From contig CAWDSK010000006.1 in assembly GCA_963804995.1 (NCBI GenBank), forward strand, positions 1,824,001-1,888,000: DNA of 64,000 nucleotides, written 5' to 3'. The position numbers were made by a program, and so were the translations under genes. Positions 42,458-51,793 of this stretch are shown here, in pieces. This DNA is from an uncultured Acidobacteriota bacterium (GTDB lineage: Bacteria > Acidobacteriota > Terriglobia > UBA7540). Below the pieces are notes generated by a model. That model made no database searches. It saw only the letters and a list, made by a program, of their open reading frames with translations, and was not told the DNA's origin. Positions within the stretch are counted from its first letter, which is position 1. Every line of letters begins with the position of its first letter.

Positions 42458-43423
42458 ATGCCCGGATTTGATCTGAAATTTTATCTCGACCGTTTCCCGG
42501 AAGTCTGCAAGCAGAAGTTTGGGCGCACCTATACGTTCCGCACCCTGGAGAAGAAATTCGAGCCGCTCTGCACGGGCAACCGCTGGCTGGCGGCCAAAGA
42601 CGTCCTCAACATTTTCGATCCTACCGCCACACCCTTTGGGCGTTATTGGCCCAAGCCCAATGAGAAGGAACTCGATCAAACCTTGAAGAAAGCGCGCCTG
42701 GTACTGGGTCCCGCGCCCCCTGACCCCCGCCACCTGGTGCGCAGCGCACTCGAGGTGCTGCACGGTATCGGCATTGTTTCACTCGTCCTGCGCTTCGTCC
42801 ATCCGGACCGCTTCGGCATCTTTTCCACCCCCATCATGAACCTGCTGCAGGTCCACCGCCCGCGCACCGTCGAGCTCTACATGGCCTATTGCGATGAGCT
42901 GCGCGCCTGGAAGGAACACTTTCGTCTGGAGTCCGTCGCCGACACGGAAACCGCCTTGTGGACGTACCACTCCCTGGTGTCAGATGAGACCCGCGCCAGC
43001 GAAGGTTCAAACTCGCTCGGTGGGTTTGACGCCGACGTGTGGGTCCAGCGCCGCCGCGCCGCCCAGGTCCTGCGCCCCTTCCTGCGCAACTACGGTCCGC
43101 TGGAACTGGCGCGCATCCTGGTGGAGGAAGAACCCAAGCTGGCCGGTAAGATTGCCGGGGAGGAATACGAGCGGCTGCTGCGCGTCGCGGCGCGCGAACT
43201 CTGCGGTGGCATGAACCTGAATGTGCGCGGCGCCATTGAAATCCTCTTCGACCGCCTGGAGGAGGATGGCTTCATTTCACTTGAAGACAAAACCCAGCTC
43301 GATAAAGCCTGGCGAATCCGCAACGCCGCCGTCCATGCCGGGCGCCCCCCTGACCCGGAACAAGTCGACAACATGATCGATACCATCGAGCGCATCTGCC
43401 GCCCCTGGGAAAAGGCCCGTTAA
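42458..43423 (+). CDS. Hypothetical protein: HhH-glycosylase-like N-terminal region plus HEPN domain
   Basis: IVSLVLRFVHPDRFGIFS..VADTETALW; C-terminal helical EYERLLR...RIRNAAVH (RxxxxH). Confidence 0.6.
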   Translation: MPGFDLKFYLDRFPEVCKQKFGRTYTFRTLEKKFEPLCTGNRWLAAKDVLNIFDPTATPFGRYWPKPNEKELDQTLKKARLVLGPAPPDPRHLVRSALEVLHGIGIVSLVLRFVHPDRFGIFSTPIMNLLQVHRPRTVELYMAYCDELRAWKEHFRLESVADTETALWTYHSLVSDETRASEGSNSLGGFDADVWVQRRRAAQVLRPFLRNYGPLELARILVEEEPKLAGKIAGEEYERLLRVAARELCGGMNLNVRGAIEILFDRLEEDGFISLEDKTQLDKAWRIRNAAVHAGRPPDPEQVDNMIDTIERICRPWEKAR

Positions 43424-43455
43424 GCGGCGCTCGGCGGGTGGGAAGGCGTGAGCCC

Positions 43456-43496
43456 GTAGCGCAGAGGTGGGCGTAGTTTGTCCTCCTCTGCGCTAC
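43456..43496. repeat. GTAGCGCAGAG...CTCTGCGCTAC REP hairpin between convergent genes
   Basis: Same REP family as the 52.4-52.9 kb array. Confidence 0.7.
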
Positions 43497-43518
43497 CCCG
43501 CTGCCAAACAGGTCCACG

Positions 43519-43854
43519 CTACGCTGGCTGGTCGCCGCTCGCGACTTGCTCAAGGCGTTCGAGCGTGTCGGGATATCGGCGAACAAGGAGCACCAGCGCG
43601 GCAGCTTGGGGGTTGGGTTTGGCGCGGCCCTGCTCCCACTTTTCGAGGGTTCTCAGGTTGATGCGAAGTTGTCGGGCAAACACGGCTCGTGAGCAACCGA
43701 GTTTCTGCCGCGTGCCTCGAATGAGTTTTGCGTCAACTTTCGGAAGCGGCGCCGGTTCTGCTTTGAAGCTGCGCAGGGTCAGCTTGCCTTGGCGATGGCC
43801 CTTCATTGCCGTCATGCCTTCCATCAACTCGCCAAAAAGGTCTCGCTTGGTCAT
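43519..43854 (-). CDS. HigA-like HTH antitoxin
   Basis: LFGELMEG..., SRAVFARQLRINLRTLEKWEQGRAKP. Confidence 0.88.
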   Translation of the reverse strand: MTKRDLFGELMEGMTAMKGHRQGKLTLRSFKAEPAPLPKVDAKLIRGTRQKLGCSRAVFARQLRINLRTLEKWEQGRAKPNPQAAALVLLVRRYPDTLERLEQVASGDQPA

Positions 43855-44228
43855 TGTCGTATTCTCCTCGTTCTTCGATTTCCCTCTTTCCGACTGGTTT
43901 CCCGTGCCTCCAGCTCAGCTTCAATGGCAGCCTTCAAAGCTTTCTTCTCTTTCGGCAAGAGGTCTGAGGCCTCGTTCTTGTCGAATAACGTCATCAACCA
44001 GATCTGATGGTCTCGCGCGAACCGGTAATAGATAATCCGCAAGCCACCCCGGCGGCCTTTGCCACGCCTCGGGTCGGCCCAACGCATTTTTCGGAACCCG
44101 CCAGTGCCCGGCATCGCATCCCCCGCCTGGGGATTGCGGGCAAGCTCGTTTTGCAATGCCTCGTACCCCTCATCGTTGAGGTATTGCGAAAAATGACGGG
44201 TGAATGCCGGGCTTTCGATAAATTCCAT
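43851..44228 (-). CDS. RelE/HigB-type toxin
   Basis: FIESPAF, PGTGGFRKMRW, GKGRRGGLRIIY; ATGA overlap with antitoxin. Confidence 0.9.
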   Translation of the reverse strand: MEFIESPAFTRHFSQYLNDEGYEALQNELARNPQAGDAMPGTGGFRKMRWADPRRGKGRRGGLRIIYYRFARDHQIWLMTLFDKNEASDLLPKEKKALKAAIEAELEARETSRKEGNRRTRRIRQ

Positions 44229-44338
44229 TCCTCACTATCATACGCCATTGGCGTATACATGTACAGAGGGGGGCGCCCCCCCTTGGCTATTGGCTTTCAG
44301 CCCATGTCGTGATATCGTGATATCAGGAGGCAGGTTCC

Positions 44339-44584
44339 GTGGCGCAATTTGTAGTTCGCAACATCGAGTTAGAGGTCAAGCGACGATTACAGCGCCGTGC
44401 CCAGCGGCAGGGCCGAAGCATGGAAGAAGAAGTCCGCGACATTCTGCGCGATGCTGCCAAGGAAGAAGCCCCTCGCGCCCGCGGACTGGGAACCGAAATC
44501 GCCTCCTTGTTTAGGAAGGTCGGTCTGGACGCGGATATTCCTGAACTTCGTGGACATGGGATCAAACCCGCCTCCTTTGATTGA
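44339..44584 (+). CDS. FitA-like ribbon-helix-helix antitoxin
   Basis: MAQFVVRNIE...RAQRQGRSMEEEVRDIL. Confidence 0.88.
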   Translation: MAQFVVRNIELEVKRRLQRRAQRQGRSMEEEVRDILRDAAKEEAPRARGLGTEIASLFRKVGLDADIPELRGHGIKPASFD

Positions 44585-45006
44585 TGATTATCCTCGACAC
44601 CAACGTGCTTTCGGCGCTGATGAGCCGAACACCCGACAAACAGGTAATCGCTTGGCTGGACAGACAGCCGAGGACATCCGTTTGGACAACCTCTGTGACT
44701 GTTCTTGAAATTCGGTTTGGATTGCAGACGATGACGGTGGGAAAGCGACGCGCAGTCTTGATGGAAGCCTTTGAAACCGTCCTGGCCGACAAGATCGATC
44801 GGCGGATTGCTCCCTTCGATGCGGCGGCTGCTCAACAAGCCGGCGACCTCATGGCTACCCGTTGCAAAAAAGGACGCCCCGGCGATCTAAGGGATACGAT
44901 GATCGCAGGTATCGTACTTGCCTGCCAGGCTACGCTCGCCACGCGCAATACATCGCACTTTGAAGACCTCTCCGTTCCCATCATCAATCCCTGGGCAAGT
45001 GCGTAA
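44584..45006 (+). CDS. VapC/FitB PIN-domain toxin
   Basis: IILDTNVLS, DTMIAGI, ATRNTSHF; TGATG overlap. Confidence 0.92.
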   Translation: MIILDTNVLSALMSRTPDKQVIAWLDRQPRTSVWTTSVTVLEIRFGLQTMTVGKRRAVLMEAFETVLADKIDRRIAPFDAAAAQQAGDLMATRCKKGRPGDLRDTMIAGIVLACQATLATRNTSHFEDLSVPIINPWASA

Positions 45007-45044
45007 CGCAGGCTTTTTCTTCGGCTCTGGGGCCGGTAACCCAG

Positions 45045-45226
45045 AGCGGCAGAGCCGCAACCAAACGGGAATCATAGCCCTCTCCTCAGGGGAGAGGGTG
45101 GACCGCCGCCGGTGTCTTCGTCAGCCGGGGCGGGACGGGTGAGGGGTCAATTCGCCACCTGACGAGCGGACCTCCTGCCACTTATGGAACCGGCAACACC
45201 CTCTTTCGTTGGGTTACGGCCGCGCC
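45045..45226. mobile_element. MITE-like element with GCCGCAACCAAA ends and CCCCTCACCC repeat cargo
   Basis: GCCGCAACCAAACG / CGTTGGGTTACGGC; related element near 54362-54718. Confidence 0.55.
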
Positions 45227-45227
45227 C

Positions 45228-45327
45228 CCTACTTTTCTTCCTCATCCGGCACGCCCAGCTTCGACAGGCGGTAGCGCAGGGCGTTGCGCGAAAGCCCCAG
45301 CAGGCGGGCCGCCTGGCTCTTGTTGCC
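45228..45327. repeat. Exact 100-bp duplicate of the 3' end of the sigma54 regulator (45933-46032)
   Basis: Base-by-base identity. Confidence 0.95.
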
Positions 45328-45353
45328 GCCGGCGCGTGGCATGACGTTGCATC

Positions 45354-45593
45354 CTAGATCAGGTCTGCAAATTCCTGTTCTGTCAGGCCCGCCTGTTTCA
45401 GGATCCGGCGAAGCAGCAACGGAGGGATGTCTTTGGAGTGAATCGGAACCGTAACACGCAATTCAGGTTTGGTCCGATGAAGCAATCGCGCATGGCTGCC
45501 CACCTGATGGTGAATATAGAAACCAGCGTGCTGCAAGGCACGCACTACTTCTTTGGCTTTGAGGACGGGAAGCTTATAGGGCATGCGGCTCAC
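45354..45593 (-). CDS. hicA: HicA family toxin
   Basis: KAKEVVRALQHAGF...HQVGSH...VTVPIH...ILKQAGL. Confidence 0.9.
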   Translation of the reverse strand: MSRMPYKLPVLKAKEVVRALQHAGFYIHHQVGSHARLLHRTKPELRVTVPIHSKDIPPLLLRRILKQAGLTEQEFADLI

Positions 45594-45868
45594 GCCACCG
45601 AAACTGCGATGTGTTCGGTAGCCGCTTCGACATCTTCAGGGATGGGTTCGCCAGTCTTGAGGGCACTCTCCAGAAAGCAGCGCAGGGCGTCCTTCGCCAT
45701 GCGCCGCGCCTCCAAGAGGGTTTCGCCAAACGTGCAGATCTCGGGAATCGCAGGAACTACGACGTTGTAACCGCCTTCCGGCATGCGTTGATATATGACG
45801 GTGTAACCGTACTCTTTCCCGCCGTGCTTCTTGCGAGTTGTGAGTGAACCGGCGGAACTCATCCGCAT
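45590..45868 (-). CDS. hicB: HicB family antitoxin
   Basis: EGGYNVVVPAIPEICTFGETLLEA...GEPIP. Confidence 0.9.
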   Translation of the reverse strand: MRMSSAGSLTTRKKHGGKEYGYTVIYQRMPEGGYNVVVPAIPEICTFGETLLEARRMAKDALRCFLESALKTGEPIPEDVEAATEHIAVSVA

Positions 45869-45933
45869 AGTATATCACCTCCCCGCCTATCCTGACTCTG
45901 CGGGGATTCGCACCAGCGCTCGCAGCTCTCCAC

Positions 45934-47310
45934 CTACTTTTCTTCCTCATCCGGCACGCCCAGCTTCGACAGGCGGTAGCGCAGGGCGTTGCGCGAAAGC
46001 CCCAGCAGGCGGGCCGCCTGGCTCTTGTTGCCTGCCGCGCGATGCAGGGCTTCGCGGATGATTTCATCTTCGAATTGCTCGAGCGTCATGCCTTCCGGCG
46101 GGAACGGTACGGACCCGCCCACAGGAGCGCCCGCTGCACCCGGGGCGGAACTATCCAGACGGATATCCACAACATCGATAACCGTACCGGTGGAAAGGGC
46201 CACGGCGCGCTCGATGATATTTTCAAGCTCGCGCACGTTGCCGGGCCAGTGGAAGTCTGTGAGCAGTTTGAGAGCCGCCGGAGTGATGCTGGTCAGGGGC
46301 TTGCCGGCCTCCTTCGCGAAGCGCGCAATGAAATAATCCACAAGATATGGAATCTCTTCTTTGCGCTCGCGCAGGGGCGGAATGTTGATAGGCACCACGT
46401 TCAGCCGGTAGTAAAGGTCCTGGCGAAACGTTCCCTGCTCGAGCGCCGCGCGCAGGTCCTGATTGGTCGCAGCGATGACCCGCACATCCACCTTGAGGGT
46501 CTTGGTCCCGCCCAGGCGCTCGAACTCGCGGTCCTGAAGCACGTGCAGCAGTTTGACCTGGATCGGCCCCGGCACATCGCCAATTTCATCGAGAAAGATC
46601 GTGCCCTTGTCGGCAAGTTCAAACCGGCCCGGTTTCGAAGTGTTCGCCCCCGTGAAGGCGCCCCTCTCGTAACCGAACAATTCGCTTTCCAGCAGATTCT
46701 CCGGAATCGCCGTGCAATTGATCTTGATGAAAGGCCCCGCCGCGCGCCGGGAGTGCTCGTGGATGGCGCGAGCGATCAGGTCCTTGCCCACGCCGCTCTC
46801 ACCGCCCAGCAGCACGGTGGAATTGGTGGGCGCCACCTGCTCGACCGTGGCCAGAACTTCCTGCATCTTGGGGTTGCGCGCCACGATGTTTCGAAACTGG
46901 TAGCGCTGGCCCAGCGCCTCGCGCAGCGAGCGATTCTCCTCGCGCAGACTCCGGACATCCAATTCCTTCCGGATGATGAGTTTCATCTCCTCCATCGAGA
47001 AGGGTTTCAGCACGTAGTCACTGGCGCCGGCCTTCATGGCCTCAACCGCGGTTTCGACCGTGCCGAACGCCGTCATCAAGACGATGGGAATCGTCGCGTT
47101 CGCGCGCTTCACGGCCTGTAGGAATTCCAGACCATTCATGCCCGGCAGTTTCAGGTCAGTGACAATCAGATCGATCTTTTCCTGGCGCAGCGTGCTGAGG
47201 CCGGCTTCGGCGTTGGCGGCCGTGTGAATCGTGTAGCCATCCTCGGCAAGATTCAGCTCCAGCAGGCGCCGCATCTTTGCTTCGTCTTCAACAATCAGTA
47301 GATTGGGCAT
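45934..47310 (-). CDS. Sigma54-dependent response regulator (NtrC/AtoC family)
   Basis: Receiver domain, [29 protein letters not shown], Fis-type HTH. Confidence 0.96.
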   Translation of the reverse strand: MPNLLIVEDEAKMRRLLELNLAEDGYTIHTAANAEAGLSTLRQEKIDLIVTDLKLPGMNGLEFLQAVKRANATIPIVLMTAFGTVETAVEAMKAGASDYVLKPFSMEEMKLIIRKELDVRSLREENRSLREALGQRYQFRNIVARNPKMQEVLATVEQVAPTNSTVLLGGESGVGKDLIARAIHEHSRRAAGPFIKINCTAIPENLLESELFGYERGAFTGANTSKPGRFELADKGTIFLDEIGDVPGPIQVKLLHVLQDREFERLGGTKTLKVDVRVIAATNQDLRAALEQGTFRQDLYYRLNVVPINIPPLRERKEEIPYLVDYFIARFAKEAGKPLTSITPAALKLLTDFHWPGNVRELENIIERAVALSTGTVIDVVDIRLDSSAPGAAGAPVGGSVPFPPEGMTLEQFEDEIIREALHRAAGNKSQAARLLGLSRNALRYRLSKLGVPDEEEK

Positions 47311-47354
47311 GAGTTAGGGGCCGGGATTAGGGATTAGGGGCTGGGGATTAGGGC

Positions 47355-47482
47355 CTAGCAGGCTGCTGAAAAAACCTTCCCGTGCGACGTAGCGGCGGGT
47401 TTACCCCGCCATTTCTCGAACGATCTCAACAGCGGATGGCGGGGTAAACCCGCCGCTACGTCATTTTTCATCAGCCTGCTAG
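47355..47482. mobile_element. MITE (IS5-like ends, CTAG duplication) carrying a GTAG-REP doublet, inserted in a (GGGATTA)n heptamer array
   Basis: CTAG-CAGGCTGCTGAAAAA...TTTTTCATCAGCCTG-CTAG; REP doublet 47389-47459. Confidence 0.85.
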
Positions 47483-47544
47483 GAATTAGGGCTGGCACGA
47501 GGCACTGTCGCCAGCGCCCCACGCCTAATCCCAAACCCCAATCT

Positions 47545-48519
47545 TTAAGCCAATTCGCCTGCGTAAATCTTCATGATCGTCTCCAGGAACCTGAGCGCGT
47601 GTTCCTTGGGACGTTGGAAAGAGTTGCGGCCGATGATCGACCCGAACCCGCCGCCGTCGCGGATGGCACGGGCTTCGTCGAACACGCCCTCGTCGTTTTC
47701 CTTCTTGGGTCCGCCGGAGAAGATCACAATGCGATGGCCGTCAAAGGCGGCCTGCACCACGTGCTTGACGCGCTCGGCCAGCGTCGCGCGCGGAACGTTA
47801 ACGCTCTCGTACACTTTCTTGGCGGCGCTCTGCTCCAGGAAATCCGTGGGCAGCTTCACCTTGATCACGTGCGCGCCCAGCTCCGCCGCAATGTGCGCGG
47901 CGTAAGCGGCCACGTCAAGCGCCGTCTCGCCCTCCTTCGAAAGGCTCGTGCCGCGCGGATACGACCACACTACCACGGCCAGCCCGCAAGCCTTCGCTTC
48001 TTCGGCGGCCTCGCGCAGTTGTTCGTACATGGTCTGGGCGTGCGCCGAACCCGGATAAATCGTGAACCCGACGGCCACACAACCCAGGCGCAGCGCGTCG
48101 CCCACACTGGCAGTCACGGCGGGAATGGGATCCTTCTCGTCGTGCAACGTGTCGTGGTTGTTCATCTTCAGGATCAGCGGGATTTCACCAGCATGCCGGG
48201 CGGCGGCAGCTTCAATAAATCCCAGGGGCGCCGCATACGCATTGCAGCCTGCGGCCAACGCCAGCTCGAAATGATAATTGGGATCATAACCGGCGGGGTT
48301 GACGGCAAAGCTGCGCGCCGGGCCGTGCTCAAAACCCTGGTCGACCGGCAGAATCACGAACTTCCCCGTGCCCGCCAATCGGCCTGAGTTCATCAGACGC
48401 GCCAGGTTGGTCTTGACTCCGGGGTTATCACTTTCATACCAGCTTAAGATTTCCCGAACGCGGTCGGTATTGCGCCGGGCTTGCTCTCCCACGGTTGCTA
48501 CGGTCTTCACAACTGCCAT
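47545..48519 (-). CDS. fbaB: Class I fructose-bisphosphate aldolase (DhnA type)
   Basis: ILPVDQGFEHGP, GFTIYPGS, WSYPRG, IKVKLP, GSIIGRN. Confidence 0.93.
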   Translation of the reverse strand: MAVVKTVATVGEQARRNTDRVREILSWYESDNPGVKTNLARLMNSGRLAGTGKFVILPVDQGFEHGPARSFAVNPAGYDPNYHFELALAAGCNAYAAPLGFIEAAAARHAGEIPLILKMNNHDTLHDEKDPIPAVTASVGDALRLGCVAVGFTIYPGSAHAQTMYEQLREAAEEAKACGLAVVVWSYPRGTSLSKEGETALDVAAYAAHIAAELGAHVIKVKLPTDFLEQSAAKKVYESVNVPRATLAERVKHVVQAAFDGHRIVIFSGGPKKENDEGVFDEARAIRDGGGFGSIIGRNSFQRPKEHALRFLETIMKIYAGELA

Positions 48520-48613
48520 ATTCACTGCCTCCAGCTTGATACCCAAATATTTGAGCCCGGGTATTAATTATCGGTTGGGGGAAAGAGTCACGCAAGGATA
48601 AATTTGATTGGGC

Positions 48614-48725
48614 CACCTTGGAGTGCGGTCGCAGCAGCTACCGCCTTCCGCCTTGGGCTCATACGGCAAATGCGCAACTTGCCAAGGAAGAATAGCGGTA
48701 GCTGCTGCGACCGCACTCCAAGGTG
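48614..48725. repeat. GGAG-type REP doublet, 31-bp perfect inverted repeat
   Basis: CACCTTGGAGTGCGGTCGCAGCAGCTACCGC and its exact complement. Confidence 0.85.
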
Positions 48726-48737
48726 CCACGGGCGTCT

Positions 48738-48886
48738 GAAGCTGTGAAGAAATCCCTGAACGAGCCAAAGCATCTCGCGCAGAGACGCAGAGGCGCGGAG
48801 GCCACATAGAAAACAGATCAGTTATTTGCTTAAAATCTCTGCGCCTCAGCGGCTCTGCGCGAGATTGCCTATTTCTTCACAGCTTC
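48738..48886. mobile_element. MITE with 16-bp TIRs carrying a CGCAGAG-type palindromic repeat
   Basis: GAAGCTGTGAAGAAAT / ATTTCTTCACAGCTTC; internal CGCGCAGAGACGCAGAG...CTCTGCGCC..CTCTGCGCG. Confidence 0.75.
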
Positions 48887-49104
48887 TCCCGCCCGCGTCC
48901 CGTCACGGCCAAGACCCCGATGGATCGGGGCAGGTCGGCCGTGGCACATCAGAATGAGTCACTGCCAATTGGCGGGGTAATAGCGCTACCCCGGATTTCT
49001 CACGACTGGTATGGAAGGGCCGCCCCCCATGCCCTCTGTGCAGGGCTGTTCCTCCGCAATATCAAATGGCCAGCGCCGCTGGCCCTTACACCTGACGCGG
49101 CGCC

Positions 49105-49449
49105 TCAGGCGGCGCTGCGGCGGAAGACGGGATGGCCTTGGTGAATCTGGGGGTGCGCGGGGGTGGTTTTCCGGTAAATGAAGACGATTTTGCCGGGTTC
49201 GGGGGCGTCTTCGAGATCGAGTTCGAGGCCGCAGTCATTTACAAAGTGGTCGCGAATGGCTTGGGCGGCGCCGGGGGTGAAGGCTTCGCGGTAGATAAGG
49301 CCGTCACCCAGGTCAGCGACAAGGTGGTTTTGGAAGAACGGTCCGCGAGGGTCTTTGGCTGTGCCTATGCACCACTCGCCCAACCCGCCGCCGAATTTCT
49401 GAATGTGTCCTTTGATCTCCGCAATGATTTCGTCGCGATTCGTGGGCAT
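49105..49449 (-). CDS. Hypothetical protein
   Basis: GAGGA RBS; 114 aa, globular composition. Confidence 0.6.
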   Translation of the reverse strand: MPTNRDEIIAEIKGHIQKFGGGLGEWCIGTAKDPRGPFFQNHLVADLGDGLIYREAFTPGAAQAIRDHFVNDCGLELDLEDAPEPGKIVFIYRKTTPAHPQIHQGHPVFRRSAA

Positions 49450-49616
49450 GGTTGCAGTCCTCCTCTCTTCCCTGTTCCCTATCCCCCGTTCCCTATTCCC
49501 TGTCTCCTGTTCCCTATATTGCCGCCTCAGGTGGCAAAGCCGTCTGTTAATAATACAGTGGATGTTTATCATATTAAGAACCGCGGAGTCTGAAAGCCAG
49601 AGGCTCTGCGCTGCTG

Positions 49617-50069
49617 CTAGGCATGAGACCCACGCGGTGCCTTCGCCCCCATCCATGCAAAGAGGGGCTCAATATCGATTCCGAACGTATTCTTGACATC
49701 ATGTCTGAGGGTGAAATAGAAGCTGTCCAAAGCAGCCTGGATTTCGAATAGGTTGAGGGCACCGGAACTCTCCTCCTTTCGCCATGCGGACCCCACGACC
49801 CAGCCAGCTTCCGCGCGCTTTATCCAGACAAGACCCTTTTGTTCGGCTTCCATGCTCGTGTACATGAAGTCGTGTTGAGTAAACCGAACAGATGATGACC
49901 AGATCTGCGCATCAACCGCGAATTCAACCACAGGGAAATATGGCTGCGAGAAGATCTCGCGCCCGGAGACTTCTATGAGGAAATCCGCCTCTATCCCCAG
50001 ACAAATCTCCCAAGGTTCAGTGAGGCTCGGGCGCCCACGCGAGAGATTGCTATAACTAAAGGCTATCAT
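49617..50069 (-). CDS. Putative immunity protein of the RHS toxin
   Basis: ATGA overlap with toxin stop codon; lower GC; small acidic protein. Confidence 0.7.
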   Translation of the reverse strand: MIAFSYSNLSRGRPSLTEPWEICLGIEADFLIEVSGREIFSQPYFPVVEFAVDAQIWSSSVRFTQHDFMYTSMEAEQKGLVWIKRAEAGWVVGSAWRKEESSGALNLFEIQAALDSFYFTLRHDVKNTFGIDIEPLFAWMGAKAPRGSHA

Positions 50070-51793
50070 TTCACTGGGTATGCTGTCCATATCTGCCCAT
50101 TGTTACCAACAACAACTTTGACGGCGGTCTCGCCCGCAGTTCCGATTTGCTTTCCTAGGTCGGTAACCACTACAAATGAGTTTGGCTTATTGTTGGGGAG
50201 AAAAGCTGCGTCCGGGGATGTGAGAGCTTGCCGAATGGCTTGCTGGATGTCAACGCCACTGGCAAACTTGGCGTAGCCCCCTGCAGCGCCGGGGAAATGC
50301 TTTGCACTGACAACAAAATTAGAAGCGTTGTCTGCGGCCTCGAACGCCGTGGCGGAGGCATTCTCAAGCGCGCTAGAACCAGGGCCAATCAGGTTGCGTC
50401 CTACATTCAATGCTGCCCCGAATACCAAGCCGAATGCAGCGTTTTTGAAATAAGCAGCCCCCATTTGTCCAGCCCCTGACAGGTTGCCGTTGACCATAAA
50501 ATTGCTAAAGCCCACGAACCACTGACCTGCGAAGTCCCAGAAGCCGACCTGCGTGTTGGGAACACTTGCGGTCACGGTGATCGAGGGCGTATTGTTTTGC
50601 TCAGGTGAAAATGCCTCCTCGCAGGTCTGGCCACCGCTATTATCGTCGAACCAATCCCCCTTGCTGCCCTGCACGCAGGCCAAGCCGTCAGGGTCGACAT
50701 TTGTCGTCGGATTATTCCGGACATATGCGTACCCATTCCAGGCCCGCGGGTCGCTCGGGTCGGCGCCGGCGTTGTCCGGGTCGGGGGTCATAAAGCGTCC
50801 GATGCTGGAGGCGTTGTACCGTGCTCCGAAGTAGCCGAGGCTGGTTTCGGCGTCACGTTCTTTGCCAGTGAATTTATAGTTGTTGCCGCTGCCGGAGGCG
50901 ACACAATTGTCCCAGCCAAACGGGTAGTAGTCGCAATCGTCCAGCACGTTCCCAGCCGAGTTGGTGACCACTCGTGAAGAGCCAAGCTGGTCAGCAAGGT
51001 AGTAATCTACATTCCCCGCCGCATCCCGCCGCGCTACGCGCTTGCCGCCAAAGAAAACATACTCGTCCGTAATGTTCCCGGAAGCGTCGCTTTCCGCCAG
51101 CACGTCGCCGTTCGCCCCGTACCAGTAGAGTTTGCCGTTGGATTTCTGGACGCGCTTGCCGTCGCCATCGTAGGTGTAAGTGTAAGCGCCCGCCAAGGCC
51201 GAAACTATTTGGCCCTCGGCGTTGTAAACGTAGCTGTGGGGATTGTTGCAAGTGCCGGGATCGAGCAGGTTGCCCGCCGCATCGTAGCAGTAGCCCACAA
51301 TCCGATTCTGGGCGTTGGCGGTCAGGCTGAAGCTCGGCGCGGCCCCCTGCGTCAAGTTGGTGTTAAGTAGATTGCCCCAGGGGTCGTAGCCAAACGCCTG
51401 ACCCCAGGCCGTCTGCCCCGTGGTCGCTTGCGTCCTGGCCAGCGTGATGCGGTTCAGGGCATCGTAGGCGAAAAACTGCGACCGAGTACTGTCCCGCCCA
51501 TTGAGAATGGCCATCACGTTACCATTATCCGCCGTCCCCAGGCCAAAGTCATAGTCAAGATCCAGCAGGTCCGTCCCCCCGGCCGAGGCGGCTTGAATCC
51601 TTGCCGGCTGCAAGCGGGAGTTGTAGGCTTGGCTCAGAACGACGTTGCCTCCTCCGAACGCCAGTCCCGTCAACGCCCCCTGGGGAGCATAGGTGGCGCT
51701 AGCCGCGTAGGTGGTGGCGCCGTCCGTGACGGACAGAGGAAGCTCCGCGCCTCCGATCTGATAGGTCATCACTCGGCCGCTGGGATAAGTCAG
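50066..51793 (-). CDS. Orphan (5'-truncated) RHS protein with C-terminal toxin domain
   Basis: YD repeats, FTGKERD, YFGARY, GRFMTPDP, YAYVRNNP...DPDG cleavage motif, about 205-aa C-terminal domain. Confidence 0.9.
   Translation of the reverse strand: MTYPSGRVMTYQIGGAELPLSVTDGATTYAASATYAPQGALTGLAFGGGNVVLSQAYNSRLQPARIQAASAGGTDLLDLDYDFGLGTADNGNVMAILNGRDSTRSQFFAYDALNRITLARTQATTGQTAWGQAFGYDPWGNLLNTNLTQGAAPSFSLTANAQNRIVGYCYDAAGNLLDPGTCNNPHSYVYNAEGQIVSALAGAYTYTYDGDGKRVQKSNGKLYWYGANGDVLAESDASGNITDEYVFFGGKRVARRDAAGNVDYYLADQLGSSRVVTNSAGNVLDDCDYYPFGWDNCVASGSGNNYKFTGKERDAETSLGYFGARYNASSIGRFMTPDPDNAGADPSDPRAWNGYAYVRNNPTTNVDPDGLACVQGSKGDWFDDNSGGQTCEEAFSPEQNNTPSITVTASVPNTQVGFWDFAGQWFVGFSNFMVNGNLSGAGQMGAAYFKNAAFGLVFGAALNVGRNLIGPGSSALENASATAFEAADNASNFVVSAKHFPGAAGGYAKFASGVDIQQAIRQALTSPDAAFLPNNKPNSFVVVTDLGKQIGTAGETAVKVVVGNNGQIWTAYPVK

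Noticed and set aside
42458..45868. Integron cassette array
   Set aside because: No RYYYAAC...GTTRRRY attC structures and no integron integrase seen; genes are in mixed orientation
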